Below, in pieces: positions 21,354 through 34,494 of a DNA stretch of 64,000 nucleotides. Position 1 is the first letter of the stretch. Each line of letters starts with the position of its first letter. The notes beneath the pieces are model-generated. The model had not been told where the DNA came from, did not search any database, and was given only the letters and a program-made list of their open reading frames with translations. Position numbers and translations under genes: made by a program. Location of the stretch: the NCBI GenBank assembly GCA_965644295.1, contig CBFFRP010000418.1, positions 1 to 64,000 on the forward strand, given 5' to 3'. The stretch comes from Paraphysomonas bandaiensis (lineage: Eukaryota > Protista > Chrysophyceae).

Positions 21354-24300
21354 ATGGGGGAAAGTAAGAGAAGCAAAATAAAAGCAGCTCCTCAAATAGA
21401 GGAATTGTTAGCTGCTTCGGGTTCTTCGTCTAAAAAGACGAAAAGAGAGAGAGAATCCTCTCGAAAACGAGCAAGAGATGCAACAACATCATCTCAAATG
21501 CAATCTTCTCCTCAAACTGAGACATCAGTAGAGGCTGAAGGAGAATTGAGTGGAGTATCATTTCGTGAGCTCTCTTCTTCTCAACCAAAGAGAAAGAAGC
21601 AAAGGAGTGGAGATCCGCACCCCAACAGGAGTGAGCGCATTGACTTGAATGAAGTCATTGCGACGGAATCCACTCCACATGAAGTAATCAATACCGACTC
21701 TATTCCCTACTTAGGTAGTGTGCAAGATGAGGATATCATCGAATTTTGTGAAAATCTCTCGAAAAGAGATCCTAAAGGGACAAAATTCATAAGGTCAGAA
21801 ATCATGGCACCAACAGTGCGTGATATGCTTCAGTTTCAGCGACAGCAGGATTTTGGAGATGAGTCTGACGAGGACTGGCTAGATCCAAACATTGTAACTA
21901 CTGAGGAATTGATTCAGTGGTTAAAGCAAGCCTTTCTAGAGGAAGAGGAGCGATACTCTGATACATTGGAGCCTCTTCCTAGGTTCATAGATAATATCAT
22001 TGGACCAAAGGTTAAGGTGGATATTCATGTTCCTAAAGTATTCTTAAAAGAATATGGACGTCTGAATGAGCTTTATAAGCTCATTCCGGAGGCAAGTCTC
22101 ACAGAGGTAGCCTCGGATACCATAGTCAAAACCCTCAAGAAAAACATTAAACTTGTGGGCGGACATTCCTTCAGAAAGGATGCCAAAGAGAAATTTATAG
22201 CGGATATAGGCCAAGGTCAATCTGCACCAAAAGATTTCGGAGCATTCTGTAGAAAGGTGCGAGAGCTTAACAATGACTATAGTCAAGCTGTGAGAAAAGT
22301 AAAGAGGATGGAAACTAAATTGGATTCCAAAGAAACATCTAAGTCTAACAAGACTAAGAATACAAAAACTTCATCCTCCAGCTCATCCTCAAGTACTAAA
22401 GCAACAACTGATACTAAGGAAGCATGTTGGATATGCGGTAATCTTCATAAAGGTGACTGCACCCGCAAAACCTGTGCATGGGCTAACCATGAAAAGAAGC
22501 CATGGAAAGATTCCACACAGGGCAAAAAATATGCGGTTATGGGTTGGAGTACCTGCCCTTATGTGGAGAATCCTGATGGTCCTCCAAGATCGAAAACAAG
22601 TAAGTTATCATGCCCTAAGTGTTTATATATAAATGCTATTGACATGAATAATGATATGCTCGATGTCTTTGTATATCCTAAAGCTGATGTCAATGTACAA
22701 CAGGTAAAGGAAAATCTAAGAGCTAAAGCCTTATTGGACACGGGGGCTACTGGGAATAATTTCATTAACCAAGAACTTGCTGATATGTTAGTTGCTAGGT
22801 ATAGAATTCCATTGCACGAGTGTAACATTAAAATTTGTAGTGCGCTTGATAATGCTTGTTGTAGTAGCAAGCAATATATGATAATAACTATAAGATTAAC
22901 TGATGAGTATAACAATACTCTTGATATTGAGTTGCAATGTTTGATAATAGATAGCACCTTTGATATCATAATTGGTAGAGAAACTATCAAGAAATATAGA
23001 TTAGTTGATCATTTTCCATCTCACTTTATGGAAAGAGAGTTAGCAGGGAAAATGCTAGCTACGGCCGCGGGCCATGCTGAGAAGACTCAGCTTCTCTCGG
23101 AACATATTAGTGAGAGAGCCACATGTTATAATAACATGGAAACATTAAGGCGCCAAGCTAAGGAACACCTTAGTTATAATAATAATTTACTTACAAGTAA
23201 TAGCTTGGTTAGTACTATGTATTCACCTCCAATATCATCCATGCGTATAAGTGCATATGAAAAGGAAGATATAGGCGAGATTAGAGATAACTATCTGGAG
23301 TCAATCCCAGAAGAAATAGTTACAAATACTCAGGAAAAAGTAGAAGGTACTACGTTACCAACTAAAATCTCTGGTCCCGAATCTTTACAAAGGAGGGTGA
23401 GAGAAATCCATGAAATCTATAAGGATAGATTTAGAACCACAGTGTCGGATATGCCAATGGATGTTCCACCTTTTGAATTAGAGGTAGATAGGGATGCTTG
23501 GGAACAACCAAAACATTGTGGTCCGCCACGAAAGATGGATCGAGTACGACAGTATGCTTGTAAAAAGCAAATCGATACATTTGTGGAGCATGGAATAATA
23601 CAACCAAGTACGGCTCCTTATTATAGCCAGGTATTATTAGTTCCCAAACCAAATGATAAATGGCGATTCTGTGTAGACTATAAAGGTCTAAACAAGCACA
23701 CACAGAGGGAACGTTGGCCAATACCTAACATCAAAGAAATGTTAGAACGTATTGGGTCTAAGAAACCCAAATACTTCATAATTCTGGATTTAGTATCTGG
23801 TTATTACCAGGCTAAAATTTCAGAGTACTCGAGAAAGTGGACGGCATTTATAACCTTCTGGGGAGTATTCGAATGGCTCCGACTACCCATGGGTTTGAGT
23901 GGTGCTCCATCATACTTTCAACGAGTATTAACAACAATTGTGCTTGCCGGGTTGATTATGTTCATATGTGAATTATATCTAGATGACCTGATTATATATG
24001 CTTCTACAGAAGATGAACTAATTGAAAATTACGTTAAAGTTCTAGAACGCTTCAGGAAATACAATGTTTACATTAATCCTGAGAAAGTGAAAATAGGAGA
24101 GTCCGAAGTACAATATGTAGGACATACTCTAAATGAGGAAGGGTTACACTTTACTAGAGAACGTCTGGATAGTGTATTAAATTTCCCAAAGCCTGAAACT
24201 ATGAAGGGTCTAAAATCTTTCCTCGGATTGGCAAATTATTTTCGGGATCACGTGCACAACCACTCCTTAGTGGTGAGACCGTTAAATAAAATGCTTCTCA

Positions 24301-26187
24301 ACTATCATAGACGTAAACGTCTACAATGGACAGAGGATGCCAATGAAGCATTTGAAAAGATCAAATTGATGATCCATGAATGTCCAACATTATTTTTCAT
24401 TGATGACGAGTCACCAATATATTTATTGACCGATGCATCTGATTATGGAATAGGAGCATACCTCTACCAAGTAGTAGATGGTGTAGAACGTCCAATAGGA
24501 TTTCTCAGTAAAACATTCGATGAAAGAATGATGAATTGGGATACACCTCAGAAAGAAGGATATGCTATATACTATGCCTTAGATAAATGGGACTACCTAT
24601 TAAGGTATAGATACTTTACGATCAAAACAGATCATAAAAATATTACTCAGTTGAGAACTGATTACGCTAAGGATAAGAAAGTTCAGCGATGGTTGAAATG
24701 TTTCCAAGCATATGATTATGATCTATGTGATATTAAAGGATCTGATAATGTTGTTGCTGATGCATTTAGTAGACTATGTGCATTAGAATCTAAAATGGAA
24801 ACAAAATGTGCTTCCCTAATTCCCGATATTAAAGTTCCAAACAAGGAATGGGAAATTATTAAAAGATTTCATAACAATGTTACAGGTCATCATGGTATTG
24901 ATCGTACAATACAAAAATTACGAGACAATGGTCATAAATGGTCAAAGCAAGGGGCACATGTGACAAAATTTATTAAAACTTGTCCTTGTTGTCAAAAGAT
25001 GAGTAGAATTAAACCAATAATTAATGCTCATCCCTTTACTGTCTCAACATATGGCCCGATGCAAAGAATAGCAGTGGATTTTATTCAGAGTCTGCATCCA
25101 GATGAGGATGGATACACTAATATATTAGTGATTATCGATTCTTTTTCTAGGTGGGTAGAATTAATCCCTACTAAGAATCTCACTGCCATGGCGGCGGCAA
25201 AGGGGATTGCTTCAACACCTGGGTAGATATGGAGCACCTATTGAGATTCATTCGGATCTTGGACCAGCATTTGTGGATGATTTAACAAAATCATTGATAG
25301 AAATGGTTGGAAGTAATCAATCATTTTCGATGGCGTATTCTAAAGAAGAAAATGCTATAGTGGAACGTGCTAATAAAGAAATTTTAAGGCACTTAAGAAA
25401 TATTATATTTGATAAAAATGTACTAAATAATTGGTCAATGTATCTACCTTTAGTACAAAGAATTATGAATTCTTCTAAACATAGAAGCACCGGCGTTACT
25501 CCCGCTAGTATTCTATTTGGGAATGCAGTAGATTTAGATAAGAGTTTATTCATTGAACACAATGAGAACTTGGACGGGAACGAACAAAAGCTATCACATT
25601 GGATAGATAGAATACAAAAGGTTCAGTCCACTATTATGGATGTTGCAAGACGAAATCTTCGCAAACATGATGAAATCCACATGGCAACTGCACCAAATAT
25701 ACAAACAAAAGAATTTCCAATAAATTCTTATGTGTTAGTTGAGCATAGACAAAATGCTTTACGTCCTGGACCGGCAAGTAAGTTATTACCATATCTTAAA
25801 GGTCCAATGCGAGTAGTCAATGTTATTGGAGACAAATATACTCTTCAAGATATTGTTACTAAACGTAATAAAGACTATCATATAAAGAAATTAAGGGAAT
25901 TTAATTACGATCCCTCTACTATTGACCCCTTACAAGTGGCATGTAAAGATGGTGGAAACTTTTATGCTATTGACCATATTTCAAAAATAAAAGGTCGAGC
26001 TAAAGGTCCGAAAAGTCAAATAAAATTTCTAGTACATTGGATAGGGTATGAAAAACCTACATGGGAACCATGGGCTAACGTTAGAAAAACGTATGCTCTA
26101 CAAAATTTCCTAACTCAACATCCTGATGAAAATGTAAGAAATTTACTACCTCGAAATGTGGTTTATTCTTCTGATGAAGAAGATTAA
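21354..26187 (+). CDS. pol: Gag-Pol polyprotein of element B with one +1 frameshift at ~25202-25205 inside the integrase core
   Basis: CWICGNLHKGDC knuckle, LLDTGA, YLDD, TDASDYGIG, HHCC, AVDF / HSDLG / VERAN, KGPMRV, chromodomain FLVHWIGYEKPTWEP. ORFs 21354..25226 and 25207..26187. Confidence 0.93.
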
Positions 26188-26252
26188 TAACAAAGTTTAC
26201 AGAATTGAGTGTCAATATAACACATTAACACATCAATTATAAGGGGAGGTAG

Positions 26253-26569
26253 TGTAGGACTATCCACTTACATATAGAATATATACGTGTACATGTCCTG
26301 TATTATATGATTAGTAGTACAGTACTGTATTGTATACGTGTACCATGTAGTTAGGAATACAAACTGTAGGGAATGTGATTGTTGGGATTAGCAATAGCCG
26401 TTGATATTGTAGACAGTATTATTAGCCGTTGATATTGTAGACAGTATTATTAGCCGTTGATATTGTAGACAGTATTATTCATGATTCATTATACGATAAT
26501 AATCATTATTTTGTACTTCTGTACTTGGGTATTGCTTTGCACACATACACATATGTATGCAAGCCCACA
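26253..26569 (+). repeat. 3' LTR of element B
   Basis: Follows the PPT and matches the 5' LTR. Confidence 0.97.
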
Positions 26570-29500
26570 ATACCGGGTGAAGGATCTCTATTCTTTGTTG
26601 AGGTTGATACCGCCAGTTTCATAGATCATGGTACTAGCAGTGTGTCCCTTGGATTTACTCCTTTGTCCTCTCATGCTCCCTCGGATGATGATATTCTAGA
26701 ACTGGAGATGCCCCGTAACGGAAGACTCAGCAGTAGTGAATCGATTGTGGAAAAAGAAATCACACCTCAGTCATCTGTAAATTCATCAGTGACTCCTTTG
26801 GCCCCAGTTCTTCTGGGAATGACAAGTGCTTTTGTTGTTGATGACTCTCCTCTCAATCGCAAGATGTTGAGGGCAATGCTCAAAAAAGATTTCGTTGAGG
26901 TATTTGAAGCTGTGGATGGTATAGATGCTTTAGAGCAATACGAGGCTCGCGTAAAGCAAGGAAAAAATTTTGATGTTATATTTATGGACGACGGTAAGTT
27001 TTTAGTCCATATATATATAACGTTTTTCGTACAACTACATGGTTAAGTGTGTACTAATGCTAATGATTCAGGAATGCCCCGTATGAAAGGTAGAGATGCC
27101 ATTAAGGTATTGCGTGAAGAACTGGGGTATGTCGGACCCATATTAGCAGTCACGGGTAATATGTTGACCGATGATGTCGAGGCTTTGCACAAGGCTGGAG
27201 CAAACGCAGTCTGCGAGAAACCCCTCGACGTAGGTAGAATGAGAAGCATACTTCAGAGTTACTTGGCAAACAACAATGCCTAAATGACAACTACATTTTC
27301 CTGAACTTTATCAATTGGTGTTTATGTAATTTCTTTGCATGTTCGTAATTGTTTATTCCTTGTTAAAAGTGAAGTATGGTTAATGGTGCCGATATGTTAA
27401 AGTAGCTAAAAATTGAAGAGTAGAATGTAGTAGCCATACTTCCTTATTGGTTGGTAAGTGGTAATATATATAGGATTATATTTGAGGTGTGATTCCACAA
27501 CACGCGCATCAGGTATTAAAATTTAAAAGGAACCTCATATATTTTAGAGTCAGTCATCACTCCTTCATTGCAGAAGTAGTCAGCAGCAAACGTAGTTCTA
27601 TAGTAATGTTGTCGGAAGGAGCAATGTCGTCTCAGAGGGAACAATATATAGACGACAAACGGTGGGTCATATTAATGAGCGAACACTTGTTTATTTTCAA
27701 ATCTTCAGCAGACCCTGGGTATCAGTTAATACATTGTTTGCGTTAGATTCTTATTTCCATTTTTTCACTAAGAAAGAAGAAGTATTTTTGCAAGACTAGA
27801 TTCAACAGAACGCTGATATCATTATCACCGGGCATTCTCTTATGTAAATACGACTGATTCGAAACAATACTACTTTAATTTTTCATTTGCTTTCATTATG
27901 TTTATCTATTTCCGTAATATATTTGTCCCTCCTACTAAATTTTAACCGACGTTACTACAAAACAAGAAAGTGCCAATTGTCATTTTTAGTTTAGTAGGAA
28001 CATTTGCAAAATTTAGTAGGAACAAATGGAAACATACACATGCATGCGTTTGCTGCAAATTATCGACAAATCTTGAGCATATATAAATTTCACCTAATCT
28101 TATAGTTCATTACAGTACCATCTAGTTCTCATTATTGCTTGTGCATGTAACAGAAAAGCAATAACTGTACCCCAATGAATGAACTTATTATTACTCAACA
28201 GCCCAATAGTACTCCAGCTACACACTCTACTACTCTAGTCTCTAGTACCACTACTTATTACCTGACACTAGCCGGGAGTCTCTGGAGCTTAAAGTCATTC
28301 CTGATGCATTTCTCTTTTTACCACGACTGAGAGCATTGCTCAGTAAGTCGAGTATATCCACTACCTCACCTGCATGGTCTTCTTTTTCCATTTCAAACAC
28401 GGTTTCATGCTGTAAATCAGCACATGAATCAACGACATACTCGGACTGAACTTTCACTGCGCATTTCAAATGCTTTTCTCCCCTCCAATACTAATAGTCA
28501 TAGTGCTTGCTTGCGTCATCTTCAATAACCTCTAGACATACACTCTCCGCTTTTCTACAGGTCATGGGAACCCACTTGTCACGCTCATTTTGTCGATAAT
28601 GAGGCATAAACCTTTACAATAGATCTCCCGCATAGTATTGAAGCTTGCAATACGAACTCACAGTTAATAATGGCACGATTCACAGTGTATTCGCTCTCTC
28701 AAACTCCGTCTTTCGATACTTAGTAACACTTACATTCGACACGTAGTAACCTTTCGACACTTAGTACTTAGTAACACCTACTTCTATTCACACTTTGTAA
28801 CAACTTAGTAACACTATATAGTATACATATATATATATTAGTACGTTTAGAAACGGCACCGACATATATGTAGGCTTACAGCAAGAAAACCAGAAATAGC
28901 TACACATCTAGACATTAGGTTTTCAAAATCGCGAGAATAGGCTACAATTAAACCTAGGGATAAGGAGTATCATCTCTCGTCCAAATTTAAAAACTTAGGC
29001 TTTTCAAAATTTCGAGCGCGGTGCAATATAACCTCCTCAGTACCCGTCGTTAAATAGAGTTATAACTATGTCTAGTGGCTAGTGGTTATATATATAGAAG
29101 TATGTTTACAGTAATTGAAGTATAGAGAGTATAGAGTATAGAGAAGAACTATGTGCTGCTGTAAATGGTGCAGGTGATATAGATATGCATGTAGCAAAAT
29201 TTAGAGTCAGATATTACTGTATATAATTGGGTGCATATAGAGTATAGGTTATGTGTATAAGGGTACTTTTATTAAACACGAGGAAAAGGGTTGAGGTATT
29301 TTTTTACGCATATTCATGCGCTCTGAACGTATAAGAAGATACCCTCGTCAAAAGGAGCGTCTAATTGAGGGGTAATGTTACTTTCCGGTTTTTACCATTT
29401 CCCCGGAGTGCTTTTGAGGTAATTTAAGGTAACTCTCTTAGTGATATAAATGCATTAATTTCATTGAATATAATCACATTAGACGACATTGTGCATATAT

Positions 29501-29982
29501 TAAAAGCCATGGAGCACCATGAGGACTATGAATTGCTGGTAGAGTCTGTTGACAATATCACTGAAGCTCAACGTAACTGAATATCACTGAAGCTCAATGT
29601 AACTGAATCTTCTTCTCAATGATGAGTGTGGATTGATTAACGTGTAGTGTGATGTAGCATCTCTGATGTCAGGAGATATGATTCCAGTCAGGTGTTAAAG
29701 GAGTGTGGTGGAAGGCTCATATCGTTAGTAGTCGTTCATGTAATGGTGAAGTGAAGATGTGTGTTTGATAGGCAGCCAGCAGCCGATACATGTACATGAG
29801 GTTTGTACGTGTATCTACTCAGCTGTGGTAAGAGTGTTCCTGTTCCTTACAGATTCAGTAACATGCATTTCCATCAACCGTTTCATACTTTCTACTGCTG
29901 TTTTACTTTTACTAATAAACAGCAACAGCAACTCTATAGTTTCATGTCACTTAAGTGACTGTAAGCAAGTGTGTTATACTGA

Positions 29983-30108
29983 GGGTGGCTGTGTATGTCG
30001 ATTTTATCCATATGTCCAACGTTTATTTCATTGAAAAGTCATCGTTTTTTCATTAAAAGTCACTTTTTTTCACTTTTCAGTGAAAAAACGATTATTTTTC
30101 AATGAAAT
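29983..30108. mobile_element. Foldback MITE family 1, copy 2
   Basis: Same leader and inverted arms as 14227-14358. Confidence 0.78.
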
Positions 30109-32519
30109 TGGTCCAGAAGTGAGATCGCGATATATCGCGAGTGCGTTGATTTTCATAGCATTTGAATGTTTTTTTCTCTCTCGGAAGTTGTCCGAAAATA
30201 ATGACAAAAGGGGTTCAAAAAGGTCTATTTGCCAGATCTTTCCATTCGGTCATTCATGACTCTAATTTATAATATATATCACCCCATCTTTTTAGATCAT
30301 CTTCCTGTATCATTCACCTTGCACTGTGTCAAAGGATTATCGCCAAAGAGCTCTTTGCTTCAATATGGAAGAGGTTGAAGATGGCCTGCTTTGCTTGCTA
30401 TCTCAGAGTGTCAAATGGACTTTTCTGAACTTAATAGTATACAATTGCTTACGTTTTCCCATAATGGAAAACAGTTTTGTGCGTTTAATGAGATTTTTTC
30501 TTTTCTCACTGCCATTTTCAAGTCTCATGAGAATATCCCTTGCTCGGTGCCGAAACAGTTATACCAGTACCCACAAATCCTCGTCCTGATGCCGTTTCTT
30601 TCGGAGACATGACATATTTACAGTTCAGGGACGCATTGGTAAAGACCTTTGTGGAAAATCCTATAGACTTCAAGGGAAACATGTTGTCATTAGGATTTAA
30701 CTCCGATAAACATTTGAATGAGTTGCAGGATCTGTGCCGTGGATTATTTCTGGCAGAATTGCACGCCAATACTCACTGGTTCGGTGGGAGACAATATTCA
30801 GAGCTTCTGGTCTCTGTAATGTCAACACTTTCCATGTCTTATGGAAGCAATTGAGTTTGGTTATTCGGCAAGTTCATTTACTGGCACATCAGCGGAGCAG
30901 ATGTTTTCCTACGCTGATCGACAATGCAAAGCAAATAGTAGGGTCCAGGCCAATATGTCCCTCAGAGGTTCATGTCAAGGTAACACTCCTAAACAACCTC
31001 TTCGATATAAGCAAAATTTCAATTAATGCGAATCTTGGTGTTCATTTCAAGTACCCCATTTCTTGCTATTATACTATTAGGCCTTATTCTTCATAATAAT
31101 CAAGCATTACCTTTTAACAATACAAAGTGTATCTTTCATTAAACGCTAAGAGATAAAGAATACAAGTAAGTTTACTACGAGTGATGCAGCAGATGATTAC
31201 GTTAATTTTGTAGATGTGATGATATCTCATTTGCAAATGAATAAAGAATTGATCTTTGTAATAGTAAAACAATGTTGTGATTATTAGAATGTAAGTAATG
31301 AACACGATAGAGTGAAAATTATGAATAACAATATAGAACGTACTATCATGCACAACGGAATAGTTAGAAGTGTAACTGATAATGACGACGTTATGATGAC
31401 GATCACGTATCTTCGACAGATACTCTCTCTAATTCAGTTCATGGTATATTTCATTGAACATTAAAACTCACAGATACAATCATGTATTAAGCTGAATCCT
31501 AATAAAATGCTTGAAGCAGCTGTTGTTGAAAATAACATCTAGCCACTATACCGTAATAATATATACCAACTATTTTTTCATTGTTGAACCGTTTCTAGTT
31601 TTATTAATTAATGTGATAATAATTATTATATCAGCACAAAATATAATAGTGAATTTATAAATGTACTGTAATTGCGGTCGGTGAAAACTAACCAGCAAAT
31701 CATGGATACAAATGCAAAACATACGTCAAAGCAGCACATATATATCAAATATTATACGTAATATATCACACATCATGCAAGGGATATATCATCAAAAGTT
31801 CGTGCATCGCTGCAGTTCCTGTTGGAAACAACATAAATAAACAAACGCTCAAAATTTGAAGGTTTAACATTTTCACCTGATTGATAATTCTTATTCCAAA
31901 GGCCAGTAATGTGTTTCTGGAAGTGAAAAATGATGTGTAGCCTAGAGAGGCTTAGAAACACAACGCCACAGGTAAAAAGCAATAACATGCAATTACTTGT
32001 GTTAACTCATTAGGAAACCGCATATAGACCAGTTCCTGGGCCTTCATCTCTGCAGTAGTAGCCTTGCAGCGGCTACGCCCACCCTTCAATTTACTATACG
32101 AGGTGATGTAATATATACATATAAGTTTTATATATGAAGGCTATGTATGATATTGTTATTCCACATTAGCTATCAAGTCGCTGAACGTCTAGCTCTGGAT
32201 GGGGCACCACCGTTGGCCAGTGTTGGCCAGTACTGGCATTACACCCTCAGAGCACTCCATGTACACTCAATCCAGAACACTAACACACAAGTCACTCTGC
32301 GGTATGTGGCATATAAGAAGTGCTGACCTTAAACCGAGACAACTACTGATGACAAAGATACACAAGGCATATATGGGAACTAGTTTACCTAAATATATAT
32401 TGATAAGAACAGCGTAATGAACCTGCATCTGAACTCTCTCCTTCATACTATCCGGATGGATACTGTATCTAGATATGCATCATATATAGCAACATCATCT
32501 CGTAGTACAGTATTACTGA

Positions 32520-32699
32520 CGGTAGTACAACAGACACCGAAATGAAACCTCCAAAAAGCCTTTTTTGCAGTGATTTTTGGGATTTCATTTCTGGACCAAG
32601 AAATTTAGGCTTGGTACGGGGATTTTTGCAATCCCCGATTTATATATAAACCTATAGTTTTAAATGAAAATCCCTATTTTGGTTGTTGCTGTACTGCTG
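32520..32699. mobile_element. Possible degenerate MITE
   Basis: Imperfect inverted ends cggtagtacaacagacaccgaaat / attttggttgttgctgtactgctg. Confidence 0.4.
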
Positions 32700-32714
32700 C
32701 ATACACACTACGAC

Positions 32715-32802
32715 CAAGTACATTCCGTATTCCAGCACCATTATACAGCATTATACATATACAATACAGTCTGTATTCCAATACAATCCAAGTACACCAA
32801 TC
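32715..32802 (+). repeat. Dispersed ~100-bp repeat, copy 2 (copy 1 at 8107-8211)
   Basis: Same core as copy 1. Confidence 0.8.
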
Positions 32803-32824
32803 TGCTCACAGTGTCCAACAACAC

Positions 32825-33072
32825 TGGAGGGTGGGTGCACGGGGGGGTGGGTGCACTGGGGGTGGGTACACTGCTGGAGGGTGGGTGGGTGCACTGAGGG
32901 GTGGGGTGGGTGCGCTGGGGTGCGGGTGCCCTGGAGGGTGGGTGCTGGGGTGGGTGCGCTGGGGGGTGGGTGCCCTGGAGGGTGGGTACACTGAGGGGTG
33001 GGGTGGGTGCGCTGGGGGGTGGGTGCCCTGGACTGAGGGGTGGGGTGGGTGCACTGGAGGGTGGATGGGTGC
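32825..33072 (+). repeat. G-rich minisatellite (GGGT/GGGTGC(A/G/C)CTGG units), strong G-quadruplex potential
   Basis: Many GGG tracts with short spacers over ~250 bp. Confidence 0.9.
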
Positions 33073-33105
33073 AGCCACACACAAGCCACACACATTAAAC
33101 TCCAA

Positions 33106-33873
33106 ATGAAAGTAAACACTGAATGCTACTTTTCATTGGTTGACAAATATACTTTGCATCCATTGAGTTTAGAAGTGATCAGGGCAGAGGGAAAAGAACA
33201 CTTGATTACAAGAATAAAGAATATAAAACTACTATATGGGACCTGGAGAAAAAGAGTGGAAGAATTAGAACTTGAGCACCTTAGCAAGCCAGCATTAACA
33301 TGCTTGTTATATGCTATTTTATGCTCAAACATCATTTATGAATGCAAGCACAACGTAGACCCAATAGAGACTATGTTTCAATACACTTGTATGGATTACA
33401 TTGTACCAGAGCTCTCCATAGAGAAGTTATCTCAGTTATCTGAAGTACTAGAGGAATACCATGACAATCTAACTGTGACAGAGACATTCAACTTTTTGGG
33501 CAATCTCGTTAGCATTGATTCATCAATGGGCTTCTACAACTTCCTGTGGTGCTTTAAGCAGTTTGCTGAAAAGAAGGATTATGACGAAATAATTTTGAAG
33601 TTTGCTGATTTTTCCTCTATTGATTATCTAACACCTGCTTCTCTTGACAAAAAAGTGAGAGAATTAGGTATAGAAGATCATGATATAAAGTGTTATCATC
33701 TGTACATAAGGAACCTCCACAAGGCAATTAAAGTACTAAATAGCAACGTTCACCGCGGAGTTAAAATGACTAAGATTCGACTAAAGATAACTTCCATAAA
33801 GAGAAACCTAACAGTTTCAATTTTTGTTGCAACACTAGTTGTGGTGAACTTCATTCTTAGTGTAATCCCTTAA
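33106..33873 (+). CDS. Intronless orphan protein (255 aa) with C-terminal hydrophobic anchor
   Basis: 768-bp open frame in AT-rich DNA from ATG 33106. Ends LTVSIFVATLVVVNFILSVIP. No motif recognised. Confidence 0.55.
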   Translation: MKVNTECYFSLVDKYTLHPLSLEVIRAEGKEHLITRIKNIKLLYGTWRKRVEELELEHLSKPALTCLLYAILCSNIIYECKHNVDPIETMFQYTCMDYIVPELSIEKLSQLSEVLEEYHDNLTVTETFNFLGNLVSIDSSMGFYNFLWCFKQFAEKKDYDEIILKFADFSSIDYLTPASLDKKVRELGIEDHDIKCYHLYIRNLHKAIKVLNSNVHRGVKMTKIRLKITSIKRNLTVSIFVATLVVVNFILSVIP

Positions 33874-34494
33874 TGTCTATATCTTATATTTTTTATTTGT
33901 TTCGGTCCTTGTGTAGCATATTAACCTGGCAAAAAACGAGGAGGAGGGAAAGCGGCAAGCCCCGTTTTTTAACCCCAATTTCAATTGGGGCTTTCTCTGT
34001 TGCGAGTCTCCATGGGTTGTAATTCTCTCTCTTCGCTAATTTCTACTTATGTATTATTTATATCTATTATTAAAAACTTAAATACTTTATATATTATTTA
34101 TTATTAAAACGTAAATACTAATATATGGGACATTCAGCACTAACCTTAGCCCTCCAACTCTGAAACCGCTTTCTACTCAGAGAGGGAAACTTTTTGTGCA
34201 TGTCACTTGGTTCCAAGTGCTCGGATTTCATGTAATGGACAATTGAATACATTTCATCTCGGTCGAAACAGTGACCACTAGTCTCTATTGCGTCGCTATG
34301 GCAAAACAACATCTGCAGGATTTTGCATCACATAAATATACTTTCGGTAAATATACTTATTTTGAACTACGTACAAAGATGTATATGATTTTAAGGTTAA
34401 TTGATAGTATGTCGAATCAGCAATGAAGAATCAAAAATAAACTGAAAAAATGGCATCAATTGTGTAAGTGAGTGGTATTATGGACTTGGAAGAT

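Larger units (their letters stand above)
20988..26569 (+). mobile_element. Full-length Ty3/Gypsy chromovirus (element B)
   Basis: Two 317-bp TG..CA LTRs, 4-bp TSD ATAC (20984-20987 / 26570-26573), PPT aaggggaggtag at 26241-26252, and gag-pol ending in a chromodomain. Confidence 0.98.
19255..27283 (+). pseudogene. Membrane hybrid histidine kinase (multi-TM sensor, HisKA, HATPase_c, receiver), interrupted by Gypsy element B
   Basis: Exons 19255-20040, 20173-20784, 20840-20987 | 26574-26993 and 27072-27283. H-box SHEIRTPLN, N-box NIVSNALKFS, G1 DSGPG, G2 GSGLG. ESSGI|PGEGSLF is restored across the insertion. Receiver motifs VVDD..IFMD..VTG..KP. Confidence 0.92.

Noticed and set aside
27921-28027. 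Small inverted repeat (cctactaaatttt / aaaatttagtagg)
   Set aside because: Might be a MITE relic, but there is no TSD or second copy in the window.
32664-33119. Overlapping Pro- or Gly/Trp-rich ORFs on both strands
   Set aside because: Artefacts of the stop-free G-rich minisatellite.
34118-34312. Possible HTH of a transposase
   Set aside because: Too short, and no diagnostic motif.
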